DNA of 64,000 bases, taken from positions 2,528,001-2,592,000 of the forward strand of contig OY762897.2 in the NCBI GenBank assembly GCA_963666515.2, read 5' to 3'. Of this stretch, positions 9,443 to 19,831 are shown in pieces (the stretch's first letter is position 1; each line of letters begins with the position of its first letter). The DNA comes from Candidatus Binatia bacterium (GTDB lineage Bacteria > Desulfobacterota > Binatia > UBA9968 > JAJDTQ01). Made by a program: the position numbers and the translations under genes. The notes under the pieces are model-generated. The model had not been told where the DNA came from, ran no database searches, and was given only the letters and a program-made list of their open reading frames with translations.

Positions 9443-9838
9443 CTATTTCTTTTTCGGCGCGGGTATCGTCAACTTGGCAGATGCCAGCGTGTTGCCGTCC
9501 CCGTCCACCAGCATGACCTCGTGGTCGCCGGGCTTCAGCAGGCGCTTGATGGTCCGTCCCCGGATACCCCAAGTCGTGGACACGTTGCCCTTGTCGTCCG
9601 CCTTCTCGACGGCAGGCTTCGCGAGGAAGCTCACGTCCGACAGGACGCCGCCCATCATGGTCCGGATACCGACCTCCTGGCCCGCCTTCAGGCCCGAAGC
9701 GGAGATCTTGACCTGCAGCCGGCCTTTCTTCACGCCGCCCACATCCACCATGAGCTTCGCGCCCGCCATGGCGATGGACGACATCAGGAACAATGCTCCC
9801 AGGGCCGCTGCCAATCCGACTAGACTCTTCCTTGCCAT
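9443..9838 (-). CDS. Secreted Lys-rich hypothetical protein
   Basis: 131 aa, SD GGGAGG, signal peptide MARKSLVGLAAALGALFLMSSIAMA; beta-rich appearance. Confidence 0.8.
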   Translation of the reverse strand: MARKSLVGLAAALGALFLMSSIAMAGAKLMVDVGGVKKGRLQVKISASGLKAGQEVGIRTMMGGVLSDVSFLAKPAVEKADDKGNVSTTWGIRGRTIKRLLKPGDHEVMLVDGDGNTLASAKLTIPAPKKK

Positions 9839-9884
9839 ACGTACCTCCCTTTGGTTATTTGTTCCGCCGATCCAGACGGCTCCC

Positions 9885-9914
9885 TTTATACGTAAGCCTT
9901 GCGGCAAATGTCAA
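9885..9914 (-). promoter_or_regulatory. Internal sigma70-like promoter
   Basis: TTGACA-N18-TATAAA upstream of the secreted protein gene. Confidence 0.5.
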
Positions 9915-9945
9915 GAGCCCCCTTGACCGAAATTTTGCCCCGCCA

Positions 9946-10482
9946 TCAGATGGGAACGAGACTCGACAAGTACCTTTCAACCAGCCCCAGAATGAACTCT
10001 TGAGGCCCGTTAATCAAGCCCGGCGGCCACGGGATGTGCAACACCATCTCGAAGACGCCGATCATGAACACCATCATTATCACCATGTAGGTCACGGCGA
10101 CCTTCCACGTCTCGCCCGCCTGAATGCCCAGGTAGAGGAGCAGGAAGATCGGCACGCTCAGGATGAAGCCGATGATCCAGATGGACAGGTAGAGGCCGAG
10201 GATCCACGCGAAGATGTTGATGGCGCGCTGGATCACCACCGCCACCGGAACGCTGCGGTCCACCGGCAGGTCCATCATGCCGGCGACGTCCTCGTCCGCG
10301 TCCTTGCCGCGGAACATGTCCAGTCCCAGTTGCAGGAAGCACAGAACCATGGTGGGAATGCCGATGGTCCACGGGAACAGGCGCGCCTGGTATTGCCACT
10401 GCTTGGCGGTAGCCACCAAGCCGATCATCAGCAGCAGGACGAAGACGGTGAACAGCGCACCGGGATTGGCCCTAAGCTTCAT
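9946..10482 (-). CDS. tctB: TctB family small membrane subunit
   Basis: Several TM helices, ARLFP, F..VLHIPWPPG; follows tctA. Confidence 0.85.
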   Translation of the reverse strand: MKLRANPGALFTVFVLLLMIGLVATAKQWQYQARLFPWTIGIPTMVLCFLQLGLDMFRGKDADEDVAGMMDLPVDRSVPVAVVIQRAINIFAWILGLYLSIWIIGFILSVPIFLLLYLGIQAGETWKVAVTYMVIMMVFMIGVFEMVLHIPWPPGLINGPQEFILGLVERYLSSLVPI

Positions 10483-12004
10483 CGGCTCCTCCGCTCTGTT
10501 CCTGCCCGACCTGCGCCTCGCGCGATTTCTGCAACTCTTGCTGCTTGCGCGCGTTGCGCACGCCGTAGTACAGGCTGACGGCGATGAGCACCATCACGAT
10601 CATCACGATGGGTCGCAGCATCCACGTGGCGCCGTAGCGGCTGATGGAGATGAAGAGGTAGTTCTCGATGATGCCGCTCAGCACCAGTCCCAGGATCAGC
10701 GGCGGCCGCGGCCAACTGAACCGCTTCATGAACCAGCCCAGCAGCGAGAAGAACAGCAGCGACCACAGGTCCCCCCAGTGCCGGGTGGCCTGAAACGACG
10801 CCAGGACCACGATCACCACCACCAGCGGCGTCAACAGGTTGATCCGCACCATGGCGATCTTGGCCAGCGTGTTCGTCAGCAGCATGCACAGGACGGTGCC
10901 GAAGATGTTGGCGATGGCCAAGCTCCAGATCATCGTGTAGGTGACTGCCAGGTCCTTGGTGAGCATGGCCGAGCCCGGGGTCAGCCCCTGGATGGTCATG
11001 GCCCCCAGCAGCAACGCCATGGAGGCGCTGCCCGGCACGCCGAAGGCGATGGTGGGGATCAGGGCGCCGCCCTCCTTGGCGTTGTTGGCCGCTTCCGGCG
11101 CCAGCACGCCGCGCACGTCGCCGGTGCCGAAGGTCTCGTTGGCGCCCTTCTCCGTCTGGATAGCATGGCCGTAGGCGAACCAGTCCACCACCGAGGCGCC
11201 CAGCCCGGGGATGGCGCCGACGAAGACGCCCACGACGCCGCATCGCAGCACCAGGAACCAGTTGCGGAAGGAGTCCCGGATTCCCACCATCACGCCCCGC
11301 AGCCTCTCCTTGGGCACGTCGGCGATGCGCGTGCCGCGGATGGTCAGGTCGACGATCTCGGGGATGGCGAAGATGCCCAGCGCCACCGGGACCAGCGGCA
11401 CGCCGTCCCACAGGTAAAGCTGCCCGAACACCCAGCGGAGCACGCCCGTCTGCGGGTCCATGCCCACCATGCCCACGCACAGGCCGATGGCCCCGGCGAT
11501 GAGCCCCTTTACCGGCGCGTTGCCGCTCAGCACGGCCACCATGGAGATGCCCAGGAGCCCCAGCATGAAGAACTCCGGAGAGCCGAACGCGAGCACGATG
11601 GGACGGAGCACGGGAATGGAAAGCGCCAGGATCAACGACCCGAACACGCCGCCCAGGAGCGAGGCCATGTAGGCGCCGCCGAAGGCCCGCCCGGCCTCGC
11701 CCTTCTTGGCCATGGGGTGGCCGTCCAGGATGGTGGCCTGGGACGCCGAGGTGCCGGGAACGCCGAAGAGAACCGAAGGGATGGTATCCGACGTGCTCGT
11801 CACCGAGATCAGGCCGATCATGATGGCGAACGCCTCGAAGGAGTCCATGTCGAAGGTGAAGGGCAGCAGGATGGCGAGGCCGACGAGGCCTCCCAGGCCG
11901 GGGATCGCGCCCAGCGCCAGGCCCATGAACACGCCGATGAACAGGTACAGCAGCCGGGTCGGAACCAGCAGGTTTTCTATCGCCAGGGTGGCGGCTTCCA
12001 GCAT
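10472..12004 (-). CDS. tctA: TctA family large membrane subunit
   Basis: GAIPGLGG, GVPGT..ATILDGHPMAKKG, GVLAPEAANNAKEGG..IPT..FGVPGS; start MLEAAT with SD AGGAG. Confidence 0.93.
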   Translation of the reverse strand: MLEAATLAIENLLVPTRLLYLFIGVFMGLALGAIPGLGGLVGLAILLPFTFDMDSFEAFAIMIGLISVTSTSDTIPSVLFGVPGTSASQATILDGHPMAKKGEAGRAFGGAYMASLLGGVFGSLILALSIPVLRPIVLAFGSPEFFMLGLLGISMVAVLSGNAPVKGLIAGAIGLCVGMVGMDPQTGVLRWVFGQLYLWDGVPLVPVALGIFAIPEIVDLTIRGTRIADVPKERLRGVMVGIRDSFRNWFLVLRCGVVGVFVGAIPGLGASVVDWFAYGHAIQTEKGANETFGTGDVRGVLAPEAANNAKEGGALIPTIAFGVPGSASMALLLGAMTIQGLTPGSAMLTKDLAVTYTMIWSLAIANIFGTVLCMLLTNTLAKIAMVRINLLTPLVVVIVVLASFQATRHWGDLWSLLFFSLLGWFMKRFSWPRPPLILGLVLSGIIENYLFISISRYGATWMLRPIVMIVMVLIAVSLYYGVRNARKQQELQKSREAQVGQEQSGGADEA

Positions 12005-12040
12005 ACAGACTCTCCTCTGCCCCGTTGGAAAATCCACAGG

Positions 12041-12069
12041 GATATATCGAGGTCTGGAAAGGCTGTCAA
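12041..12069 (-). promoter_or_regulatory. Sigma70-like promoter of tctA operon
   Basis: TTGACA-N17-TATATC. Confidence 0.5.
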
Positions 12070-12230
12070 GCTGACCCGGTTCGGCGCCCCGCGCCGTCTC
12101 GGTGCCGTTGCCGTTGCGGGATTCGGGGAAAAGAACTATCAGGACGGTGATCGTCTGTCTCGACGCGGGTGCGCGCCCGCATGGAGGGGTTCGCGGCGGA
12201 CCCTCGAGCCTCCCGGAAAGGATCGTCATC

Positions 12231-13139
12231 ATGGGAAACCTGGGCATCTGTTTCGTCAATCCGGCCCCGCAGATAGAGGCAAGCTACGTCACGGACATGG
12301 CGCGGAAATGCGACCAGGCGGGCCTGCATTCGTTCTGGACCATCGACCGCATCGCCTATGACAATCTGGAGGCGTTGACGGTGCTGGCCGCGGTGGCGGG
12401 CGTCACCGAGCGCATCCGGCTGGGGACCTCGGTGCTGCTGTCCGCCCTACGCCACCCGGCGCTCCTGGCCAAGACCGTGGCCACCCTCGATTTCCTGTCC
12501 GGCGGCAGGATGACCCTGGGCATCGGCTTCGGTAGCCGGGAGAGCGATTTCACCTCGGTGGAGGTCCCCTGGGAACACCGGGGGAGCCGGGCAGAGGAGT
12601 CTCTCGCCCTCATGAAGCGGCTCTGGACCGAGGAGGAGGTGGAGCACCACGGCCGTTTCTTCGACCTTCACAGCACCCGCTTCGGCCCGGAGACCGTGCA
12701 GTCGCCCCACCCTCCCATCTGGATGGGCGGAACCGCCCCTACCGTTCTCAAGCGGGTCGGACGGCTGGCCGACGGCTACATCTGCGGCAGCAACGCGGTG
12801 CACAACTTCGACGCGGTATGGGAAAAGATCAGCGGCCACGCCCTTGCCGCCGGCCGGAATCCGGACGACATCGAGAAGGCCGGGCTCACCTTCATCGCCA
12901 TCGACGACGACAAGAGCAAGGCGGTGGAGGCGTGCGAGAACTACCTCACCCGCTACTACGGCAAGGTGCGGATGGACGTGGAGAAGTACATGCTGGTGGG
13001 CGGCGCCGACGCCTGCGCCGACGGCATCAACCGCATCTTCGCCGGCGGGCTCCAGACCCTGATCATCGGCCTGGCCATCTCCGACCTGGCGCAACTGGAT
13101 ACGTTCGTGGAGAAGGTGCTGCCGCAGGTGGAGGGGTAA
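12231..13139 (+). CDS. LLM-class flavin/F420-dependent oxidoreductase
   Basis: TERIRLGTSVL, RHPALLAKTVATLDFLSGGR, HPPIWMGG, RVGRLADG. Confidence 0.9.
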   Translation: MGNLGICFVNPAPQIEASYVTDMARKCDQAGLHSFWTIDRIAYDNLEALTVLAAVAGVTERIRLGTSVLLSALRHPALLAKTVATLDFLSGGRMTLGIGFGSRESDFTSVEVPWEHRGSRAEESLALMKRLWTEEEVEHHGRFFDLHSTRFGPETVQSPHPPIWMGGTAPTVLKRVGRLADGYICGSNAVHNFDAVWEKISGHALAAGRNPDDIEKAGLTFIAIDDDKSKAVEACENYLTRYYGKVRMDVEKYMLVGGADACADGINRIFAGGLQTLIIGLAISDLAQLDTFVEKVLPQVEG

Positions 13140-13160
13140 GACCAAGGCAAGAGCCCGCAC

Positions 13161-13221
13161 CCGTCATTCCGGCGAAAGCCGGAATCCAGGGGGTGGGGAG
13201 ACGCTTCCGCCGGAATGACGG
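13161..13221. repeat. CGTC-type REP-like element between convergent genes
   Basis: CCGTCATTCCGGCGAAAGCCGGAATCCAG ... CGCCGGAATGACGG. Confidence 0.8.
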
Positions 13222-13226
13222 ATTGC

Positions 13227-13847
13227 CTACAGCGGCGCCGGCCCTTCGAAATTCTTGGTGTAGGGCAGTTTCTCGGCGGTCCGGGCCACCTCGCCCATGT
13301 TGCCGAGCAGCAGCGCGGTGGAGTCCCACGAGCCCGTGGTGAGCGCGTTGCGGTGGCCGTCGCTGATGTCGAGGTCCATCTCGCTGCCGTCCGGCAGGCG
13401 GACCTTCCTGGCGTCCAGATCCACCGTCAGCTCCGCCTGGGGGTCGGACTCCACCAGCGTCATCAGCTTGCCGATGTCCTCGGACGAGACCATCACCGTG
13501 GGCATGCCCAGCAGCACGCTGCTGCCGGCGAAGATGGGGCCGAAGGACTCGCCGATGATGGCGCGGATACCCCAGCGGTACAGCGCCTGCGGCGCGTGTT
13601 CCCGCGACGACCCGCAGCCGAAGTTGCGGTTCACCAGCAGCACCTCGGCGCCCTGGAAGCGCGCCTCGTTGAAGGGGTGGTCCACGGACTTGCCGTCGGA
13701 GTCGTGACGTTCGTCGAAGAACGGATACTCGCCCATGCGGCTGAAGGTGATCTCCTTGAGGTAACGCGCGGGAACGATCCGATCGGTGTCGATATCATCC
13801 CCCCGCACCACCACCGCCCTGCCGCCTACCTGCCTGATCTCACTCAT
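13227..13847 (-). CDS. leuD: 3-isopropylmalate dehydratase small subunit
   Basis: DIDTDRIVPARYL, NFGCGSSREHAP. Confidence 0.96.
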   Translation of the reverse strand: MSEIRQVGGRAVVVRGDDIDTDRIVPARYLKEITFSRMGEYPFFDERHDSDGKSVDHPFNEARFQGAEVLLVNRNFGCGSSREHAPQALYRWGIRAIIGESFGPIFAGSSVLLGMPTVMVSSEDIGKLMTLVESDPQAELTVDLDARKVRLPDGSEMDLDISDGHRNALTTGSWDSTALLLGNMGEVARTAEKLPYTKNFEGPAPL

Positions 13848-13857
13848 TCCGACCTCG

Positions 13858-15255
13858 TTAGTTGTAATCGCGCACGTCCACGACCTTGCCGTTGAGCGCG
13901 GCCGCGGCCACCATGGCGGGACTCATCAGCAACGTCCGTCCTTCCGGGCTTCCCTGGCGGCCGATGAAGTTGCGGTTGGACGAGGACGCGCACACCTCAC
14001 GGCCCTGGAGCTTGTCTGGGTTCATGGCCAGACACATGGAGCAGCCGGCCTCCCGCCATTGAAAGCCGGCCTCGGTGAAGACCCGGTCGAGCCCCGCGGC
14101 CTCCGCCTGCTTCTTCACCTCCACGGAGCCGGGCACCACCAGGGCGCGCACGTCCGAGGACACCTGCCTCCCCTTGGCGACCCGCGCCGCGGCCACCAGG
14201 TCCGAGAGCCGCGAGTTGGTGCAGGAACCGATGAACGCCACGTCGATGGGGGTGCCCAGGATCGGCGCGCCGGGCGTCCAGCCCATGTGCTGGTAGGCCT
14301 TCTCCACGGTCTTGGGGTCCTGCAGGTCTTCGGGGCGCGGCAGGTTCTCCTGCACGCCCACCGCCTGGCCGGGATTGATGCCCCAGGTGACCGTGGGCTC
14401 GATGGCCGAGCCGTCGATGTCCACCACGTCGTCGTAGACGGCGTCCGGGTCCGACGACATGGAGCGCCAGTATGCCGCGGCGCGGTCGAATGCCTCGCCC
14501 TTGGGGGCGAAGGGCCGTCCCAGCAGATACTCGTAGGTCGTGTTGTCGGGGTTGACGTAGCCCACCAGGGCGCCGCCCTCGATGCTCATGTTGCACACGG
14601 TCATGCGCTCGTCCATGTTCATGGCTTCCAGCACCGCGCCGCCGTACTCGTAAGCGAAGCCCTTGCCGCCGCCGACCCCCAGCGTGCGGATGATGGTCAG
14701 GATCACGTCCTTGGCGTGCACCCCGTTGGGAAGGCTGCCGTTGACGTTGATGCGCCGCACGTTGAGCCGGTCCATGGACAGGGTCTGGGTCGCCAGCACG
14801 TCCCGCACCTGGCTGGTGCCGATGCCGAAGGCCAGGGTGCCGAAGGCGCCGTGGGTGCTCGTGTGGCTGTCGCCGCAGGCCAGGGTCATTCCCGGCTGGG
14901 TCAGGCCAAGTTGCGGGCCGATGACGTGGACGATGCCCTGCCGGGCGCTTCCGAGTCCGTAGAACTCGATGTCGAAGTCGCGGACGTTCCTTTCCAGCGC
15001 CGCCATCATCGCCTCGGCCTGCTCGTCGGCAAAGGGCCGGACCTGCGTATCCGTGGGTATGATGTGATCGGCGGTGGCGAAGGTCCGTTGCGGATAGGCG
15101 ATGGAGAGCCCGCGCTCCCGCATCATGTCGAAGGCCTGCGGGGTGGTGACCTCGTGGACCAGGTGCAATCCGATGAAGAGCTGGGTCTGCCCGGTGGGCA
15201 GCGTCGTCACCGCGTGGGCGTCCCAGACCTTGTCATAGAGCGTACGTTCGGACAT
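13858..15255 (-). CDS. leuC: 3-isopropylmalate dehydratase large subunit
   Basis: [36 protein letters not shown]. Confidence 0.97.
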   Translation of the reverse strand: MSERTLYDKVWDAHAVTTLPTGQTQLFIGLHLVHEVTTPQAFDMMRERGLSIAYPQRTFATADHIIPTDTQVRPFADEQAEAMMAALERNVRDFDIEFYGLGSARQGIVHVIGPQLGLTQPGMTLACGDSHTSTHGAFGTLAFGIGTSQVRDVLATQTLSMDRLNVRRINVNGSLPNGVHAKDVILTIIRTLGVGGGKGFAYEYGGAVLEAMNMDERMTVCNMSIEGGALVGYVNPDNTTYEYLLGRPFAPKGEAFDRAAAYWRSMSSDPDAVYDDVVDIDGSAIEPTVTWGINPGQAVGVQENLPRPEDLQDPKTVEKAYQHMGWTPGAPILGTPIDVAFIGSCTNSRLSDLVAAARVAKGRQVSSDVRALVVPGSVEVKKQAEAAGLDRVFTEAGFQWREAGCSMCLAMNPDKLQGREVCASSSNRNFIGRQGSPEGRTLLMSPAMVAAAALNGKVVDVRDYN

Positions 15256-15280
15256 GGATACATTCTCTCCTTGGCGGAAA

Positions 15281-15309
15281 GTTATAGCCAGCGGCCTGCG
15301 CTAATTCAA
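15281..15309 (-). promoter_or_regulatory. Possible internal promoter for leuCD
   Basis: TTGAAT-N17-TATAAC. Confidence 0.4.
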
Positions 15310-16061
15310 GCGAGGCCGGCGGCAGGCGAGTCATAGCAGACCTCGACGAGGAACAGGCCCCGGGCCGGCGCGGTGGGACCCGCCAGGGTACGGTCGCGGC
15401 TGTCGATCAGTGGGGCAACGCCGGCGGGTTCCCGCTCGCCCAACCCCACCTCTACCAGCGTGCCGACGATGTTCCGCACCATGTGGCGAAGATACCCGGT
15501 GGCCTCGACGCGGTAGACCCAGTGGTCCTCCCACCGGTGCAGCTCGTTGCGGTAGATGCGCCGGACCGCGGTGGCGGCGCCGCACCCCGCGGCGCGGAAG
15601 CACGAGAAGTCGTGTTCCCCTTCCAGCGCGGCCATGGCCTCGCGCATGGCGTCGACGCTCAGCGGTCTCCGTACATGCCAGGAGTAGCGATCGTTGAAGA
15701 CCGACCGCCAGGGGCGGTTCCAGAGCCGGTACTCGTAGACCCGTCTCGTTGCGTCCCTTCTGGCGTCGAAGGAGGAAGCCGCCTCCTCGGCTGCCTTCAC
15801 CGTGATGTCGTCCGGGGTGATGGCGTTGAGGCTGCGCTGGAGTTGCGCGAGGTCGCGGCCGTCGGGACAGGTGAAATCGGCCACCTGGCCGAGGGCGTGA
15901 ACGCCGGCGTCGGTGCGCCCGGAACCGTGGACGCGCGCGGGCGCCTTGAGCAGCACCGCCAGCGCGTCCTCCAGCACGCCCTGTATGGTCGGCCCCTCGG
16001 GCTGGAGCTGCCATCCCCGGTAGCGTGTACCGTCGTATTCGAGGGTCAGTCGGACGTTCAT
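15306..16061 (-). CDS. truA: tRNA pseudouridine(38-40) synthase
   Basis: YDGTRYRGWQ, GSGRTDAGVHA, GEHDFS, YLRHMVRNIVG; start MNVRL. Confidence 0.96.
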   Translation of the reverse strand: MNVRLTLEYDGTRYRGWQLQPEGPTIQGVLEDALAVLLKAPARVHGSGRTDAGVHALGQVADFTCPDGRDLAQLQRSLNAITPDDITVKAAEEAASSFDARRDATRRVYEYRLWNRPWRSVFNDRYSWHVRRPLSVDAMREAMAALEGEHDFSCFRAAGCGAATAVRRIYRNELHRWEDHWVYRVEATGYLRHMVRNIVGTLVEVGLGEREPAGVAPLIDSRDRTLAGPTAPARGLFLVEVCYDSPAAGLA

Positions 16062-16081
16062 GCCGGCAGGACGACCACCCG

Positions 16082-17101
16082 TCAGTGGTAGTCCCGGATC
16101 AGGATCTCGGCGATCTGGACGGCGTTGAGGGCCGCACCCTTGCGCAGGTTGTCGGCGACGACCCACAGGTTGATGCCGTTCTCCACCGAATCGTCCTCGC
16201 GGATGCGCCCGACGTAGGTGGCGTCCTTGCCCGCCGCCTCGGTGGCCAGGGGATAATCGTTGTTCTGGGGGTCGTCCTGGAGCAGCACCCCGGGAGCTTC
16301 CCGCAGGATGGCGCGGACGTCGGCCGCGGACAGCTTGCTCCGGGTCTCGACGTTGATGGACTCGGAGTGGCTGCAGAAGACGGGCACGCGCACCGTGGTG
16401 GCGGTGATGCGGATGTCCGGGTCGTCCAGGATCTTGCGCGTCTCCTGGACCATCTTCATCTCCTCCTTGGTGTACCCGCTGGGCAGAAACGTATCGATGT
16501 GCGGGATGCAGTTGAACGCGATCTGGTGCGGGAACTGCTCGCACTCCACGTCATGGCTGTTGAACAGCGCCGCGGTCTGCTTGCCCAGCTCCTCCATGGC
16601 CCGCCGTCCGGCGCCGGACACCGACTGGTAGGTGGACACGACGATGCGGCTGATGCCGGCGGCGTCGTACAAGGGCTTCAGCGCCACCACCATCTGGATA
16701 GTGGAGCAGTTGGGGTTGGCGATGATGCCCCGGTGCTCGGCGATCTGATCCGCGTTTACCTCGGGTACCACCAGCGGGACGTCGTCGTCCATCCTGAAAT
16801 AGCTGGTGTTGTCGATGACCACGGCGCCGGCGTCCACCGCGGCCTGGGCATAGCGGGCGCTCACCGACCCGCCGGCGGAGAACAGCGCGATGTCGATCTC
16901 CTCGAAGGAGTCCTCGTCCAGCACCTCCACCGGAACCTGCCGGCCGCAGAAGTCGAGCCGCTGGCCCGCCGACCGCTCGGAGGCCAGCAGCCGGAGCGTG
17001 TCCACCGGGAACAGCCGCTCCTCGAGGATCTTCCGCATCTCCTCGCCCACGGCTCCGGTGGCCCCCACCACGGCTACGTTGTATTTCTCTTTTCCCATCA
17101 T
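16082..17101 (-). CDS. asd: Aspartate-semialdehyde dehydrogenase
   Basis: VVGATGAVG, IANPNCSTIQ, YQSVSGAG, DNLRKGAALN. Confidence 0.97.
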   Translation of the reverse strand: MMGKEKYNVAVVGATGAVGEEMRKILEERLFPVDTLRLLASERSAGQRLDFCGRQVPVEVLDEDSFEEIDIALFSAGGSVSARYAQAAVDAGAVVIDNTSYFRMDDDVPLVVPEVNADQIAEHRGIIANPNCSTIQMVVALKPLYDAAGISRIVVSTYQSVSGAGRRAMEELGKQTAALFNSHDVECEQFPHQIAFNCIPHIDTFLPSGYTKEEMKMVQETRKILDDPDIRITATTVRVPVFCSHSESINVETRSKLSAADVRAILREAPGVLLQDDPQNNDYPLATEAAGKDATYVGRIREDDSVENGINLWVVADNLRKGAALNAVQIAEILIRDYH

Positions 17102-17108
17102 CGTCCGT

Positions 17109-18203
17109 TCACGCTCCGCGGCTCGCTGCGATCTCCTGGCGCACCAGCGCACCCATTTTCTTGCAGCCCACCACCGGGCCCTCTCCCTCGGCGATGTCCG
17201 GTGTGCGGTGACCGGCCTCCAGCACCCGCTCCACCGCCTGCTCGATCAAGTCCGCGGCGTCCCCCTGGTCGAAGGAGTGCCGCAGCATGAGCGCCACCGT
17301 CAGGATGGTGGCCAGGGGGTTGGCCTTGTCCTGCCCGGTGATGTCCGGGGCGCTGCCGTGCACCGGCTCGTACATGCCCACCTTGCCGCCGAGGCTGGCC
17401 GACGGCAGCATGCCGATGGAACCCGTGAGCATGGCGGCCTCGTCGCTCAGGATGTCGCCGAACATGTTGGTGGTGACGATGACGTCGAATTGCCTGGGGT
17501 CCCGGATGAGCTGCATGGCGCAGTTGTCCACCAGCACGTGGTCGAGAGCGACGTCGCCGTAGCCTTCCTCGTCGCGCACCCGGGTCACCACCTTGCGCCA
17601 CAGCTCGGTGGATTCCAGCACGTTGGCCTTGTCCACGGAGGTCACGTGGCCGCGCCTCCTGCGGGCGGCGTCGAAGGCCACCCGCGCGATGCGCTCGATC
17701 TCCGGGGTGGTGTAGACCAGGGTGTTGACGCCCCGCTCGCTGCCGTCGGGCTCGGCGGTGACGCCCTTGGGCTGGCCGAAGTAGATGCCGCCGGTCAGCT
17801 CCCGCACCACGACCAAGTCCGTGCCTTCCACCACCTCGGGCTTGAGGGTCGAGGCCTGCGCCAGCGGCGCGAACAGTTTGACCGGGCGCAGGTTGGCGAA
17901 CAGCCCCAGCTCCTGGCGCAGCGCCAGCAGCGCCCGCTCGGGGCGGATGGAGTAGTCGAGGCCGTCCCACTTGGGCCCGCCCATGGCTCCCAGCACCACC
18001 GCGTCGCTGGACTTGGCCAGCGCCAGGACCTCGTCGGTCAGGGGTTTCCCGTGGGCGTCGATGGACGCGCCGCCCACCAACCCCTCCTCCACGTCGATGT
18101 CGAAGCCGAAGATGTCGCCGGCCTGGCTCAGCACGGCCATGGCCTCGGCCACCACTTCCGGGCCGATGCCGTCGCCCGGAAGCACCGTTATCCTGTGACT
18201 CAT
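17109..18203 (-). CDS. leuB: 3-isopropylmalate dehydrogenase
   Basis: [36 protein letters not shown]. Confidence 0.97.
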   Translation of the reverse strand: MSHRITVLPGDGIGPEVVAEAMAVLSQAGDIFGFDIDVEEGLVGGASIDAHGKPLTDEVLALAKSSDAVVLGAMGGPKWDGLDYSIRPERALLALRQELGLFANLRPVKLFAPLAQASTLKPEVVEGTDLVVVRELTGGIYFGQPKGVTAEPDGSERGVNTLVYTTPEIERIARVAFDAARRRRGHVTSVDKANVLESTELWRKVVTRVRDEEGYGDVALDHVLVDNCAMQLIRDPRQFDVIVTTNMFGDILSDEAAMLTGSIGMLPSASLGGKVGMYEPVHGSAPDITGQDKANPLATILTVALMLRHSFDQGDAADLIEQAVERVLEAGHRTPDIAEGEGPVVGCKKMGALVRQEIAASRGA

Positions 18204-19756
18204 GGACCCCCCTGTACGGATGCCTGACGGTGACGCTTGCGATACTCCAGCCGGTTCAGGGCGTTCACGTACGCCAGCGCGCTCGCCATGATGATGTCGG
18301 TGTGGGAACCCTTCCCCGAGATGTTGACGTCCTTCTCCTCGAGCATGCACGACACCTCGCCCTGGGCGTCGGTGCCGCCGGTGACGCTCGCCACCGAGTA
18401 GCGCCGCAGCTTCGCACGGCTGCCGGAGAGCTTGGCGATGGCTTTATAACATGCATCCACCACCCCGTCACCCGTGTCGTGGGCCACCTTCTCCTCGCCG
18501 TCCACCCGCATGCGGACGGTGGCCGACGGCACCGCGGACGAGCTGGACGCGATGTTCATGTACACCAGCTCGTAGCGGTCCGGCTGGCTCGGGATCCGCA
18601 GCACCTCGTCCGCCACCAGCGCCTCGATGTCCTCGTCGAACACCTCCTTCTTCTTGTCGGCGAGCTGCTTGAAGCGCTCGAAGGCGCGGTTGACCTCATC
18701 CTTGCCGAGCGAAAAACCCAGATGCTTGAGCCTCTCGCCGAAGGCGTGGCGGCCGGAGTGCTTACCCATCACCAACCGGTTGCCGGTGATGCCGACGGTC
18801 TCGGGCTTCATGATCTCGTATGTGAGCTTCTGCTTCAGCACCCCGTCCTGGTGGATGCCGGCTTCGTGGGCAAAGGCGTTGTCGCCCACGATGGGCTTGT
18901 TCAGCGGGACCGCGATGCCGGTGACCTGGGACAGCAGCCGCGACGTGGGATAGATCTGCTCGGTATGGATGCGCGTGTCGAGGTTGAACACCGGCTGGCG
19001 GGTCTTGAGCGCCATCACCACCTCTTCCAGCGAGGTGTTGCCGGCGCGCTCGCCGATGCCGTTCACCGTGCACTCCACCTGCCGCGCGCCGTTGGCCACC
19101 GCGGCCAGGGAGTTGGCCACGGCGAGGCCCAGGTCGTTGTGGCAATGGGCGCTCCAGGTGACCTTCTCGGAGCCCTCGGTGTTCTCGATCAGGTACCGCA
19201 CCAGCTCGCCGAACTCCGACGGGATGGCGTAGCCCGTGGTGTCCGGGATGTTCAGGGTGCTCGCACCCGCCCGGATGGCCTCGCTGAAGACCTCCACCAG
19301 GAAGTCCCGATCGCTGCGCGAGGCGTCTTCCGCGGAGAACTCGACGTAGTCCAGATGCCGCCTGGCCTGCAGCACCGCGGTGCCCACGGACTCCAGCACC
19401 TCCTCCCGGGACATGCGCAGCTTGTGCTTCATGTGGATGTCAGAGGTGGCGATGAAGGTGTGCAGCCCGGGCTTCCGCGCCCCTTCCACCGCCTTCACGG
19501 CCTTGCGGATGTCGCCCTGCTGCGCTCTCGCCAGGCTCAGCACGATGGGGCGCTTCACCGCCTTGCACACCTGCGCCACGGACTCGAAGTCCCCGGGCGA
19601 GGACGCCGCGAAGCCGGCCTCGATGACGTCCACCCCCAGCTTCTCCAGTTGACGGGCGATGAGGACCTTCTCGTCGATGTTCATGCTCGCCCCGGGCGAC
19701 TGCTCGCCGTCCCTCAAGGTGGTGTCGAAAATGTTCACGATGTCTTTGGCGCCCAT
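18200..19756 (-). CDS. leuA: 2-isopropylmalate synthase
   Basis: [35 protein letters not shown]; SD GAGGAGG. Confidence 0.97.
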   Translation of the reverse strand: MGAKDIVNIFDTTLRDGEQSPGASMNIDEKVLIARQLEKLGVDVIEAGFAASSPGDFESVAQVCKAVKRPIVLSLARAQQGDIRKAVKAVEGARKPGLHTFIATSDIHMKHKLRMSREEVLESVGTAVLQARRHLDYVEFSAEDASRSDRDFLVEVFSEAIRAGASTLNIPDTTGYAIPSEFGELVRYLIENTEGSEKVTWSAHCHNDLGLAVANSLAAVANGARQVECTVNGIGERAGNTSLEEVVMALKTRQPVFNLDTRIHTEQIYPTSRLLSQVTGIAVPLNKPIVGDNAFAHEAGIHQDGVLKQKLTYEIMKPETVGITGNRLVMGKHSGRHAFGERLKHLGFSLGKDEVNRAFERFKQLADKKKEVFDEDIEALVADEVLRIPSQPDRYELVYMNIASSSSAVPSATVRMRVDGEEKVAHDTGDGVVDACYKAIAKLSGSRAKLRRYSVASVTGGTDAQGEVSCMLEEKDVNISGKGSHTDIIMASALAYVNALNRLEYRKRHRQASVQGGP

Positions 19757-19769
19757 GGTCTTCCTCCTC

Positions 19770-19804
19770 AAAAAAAAACTCCCGCGGAGGTCCGGCGGGA
19801 GTTT
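19770..19804 (-). terminator. Intrinsic terminator directly upstream of leuA SD (putative attenuator)
   Basis: AAACTCCCGC-N9-GCGGGAGTTT stem ending in a T9 run, immediately followed by GAGGAGG. Confidence 0.85.
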
Positions 19805-19831
19805 CGGTCGTTCAGTCGGGAGTTGATTCGA

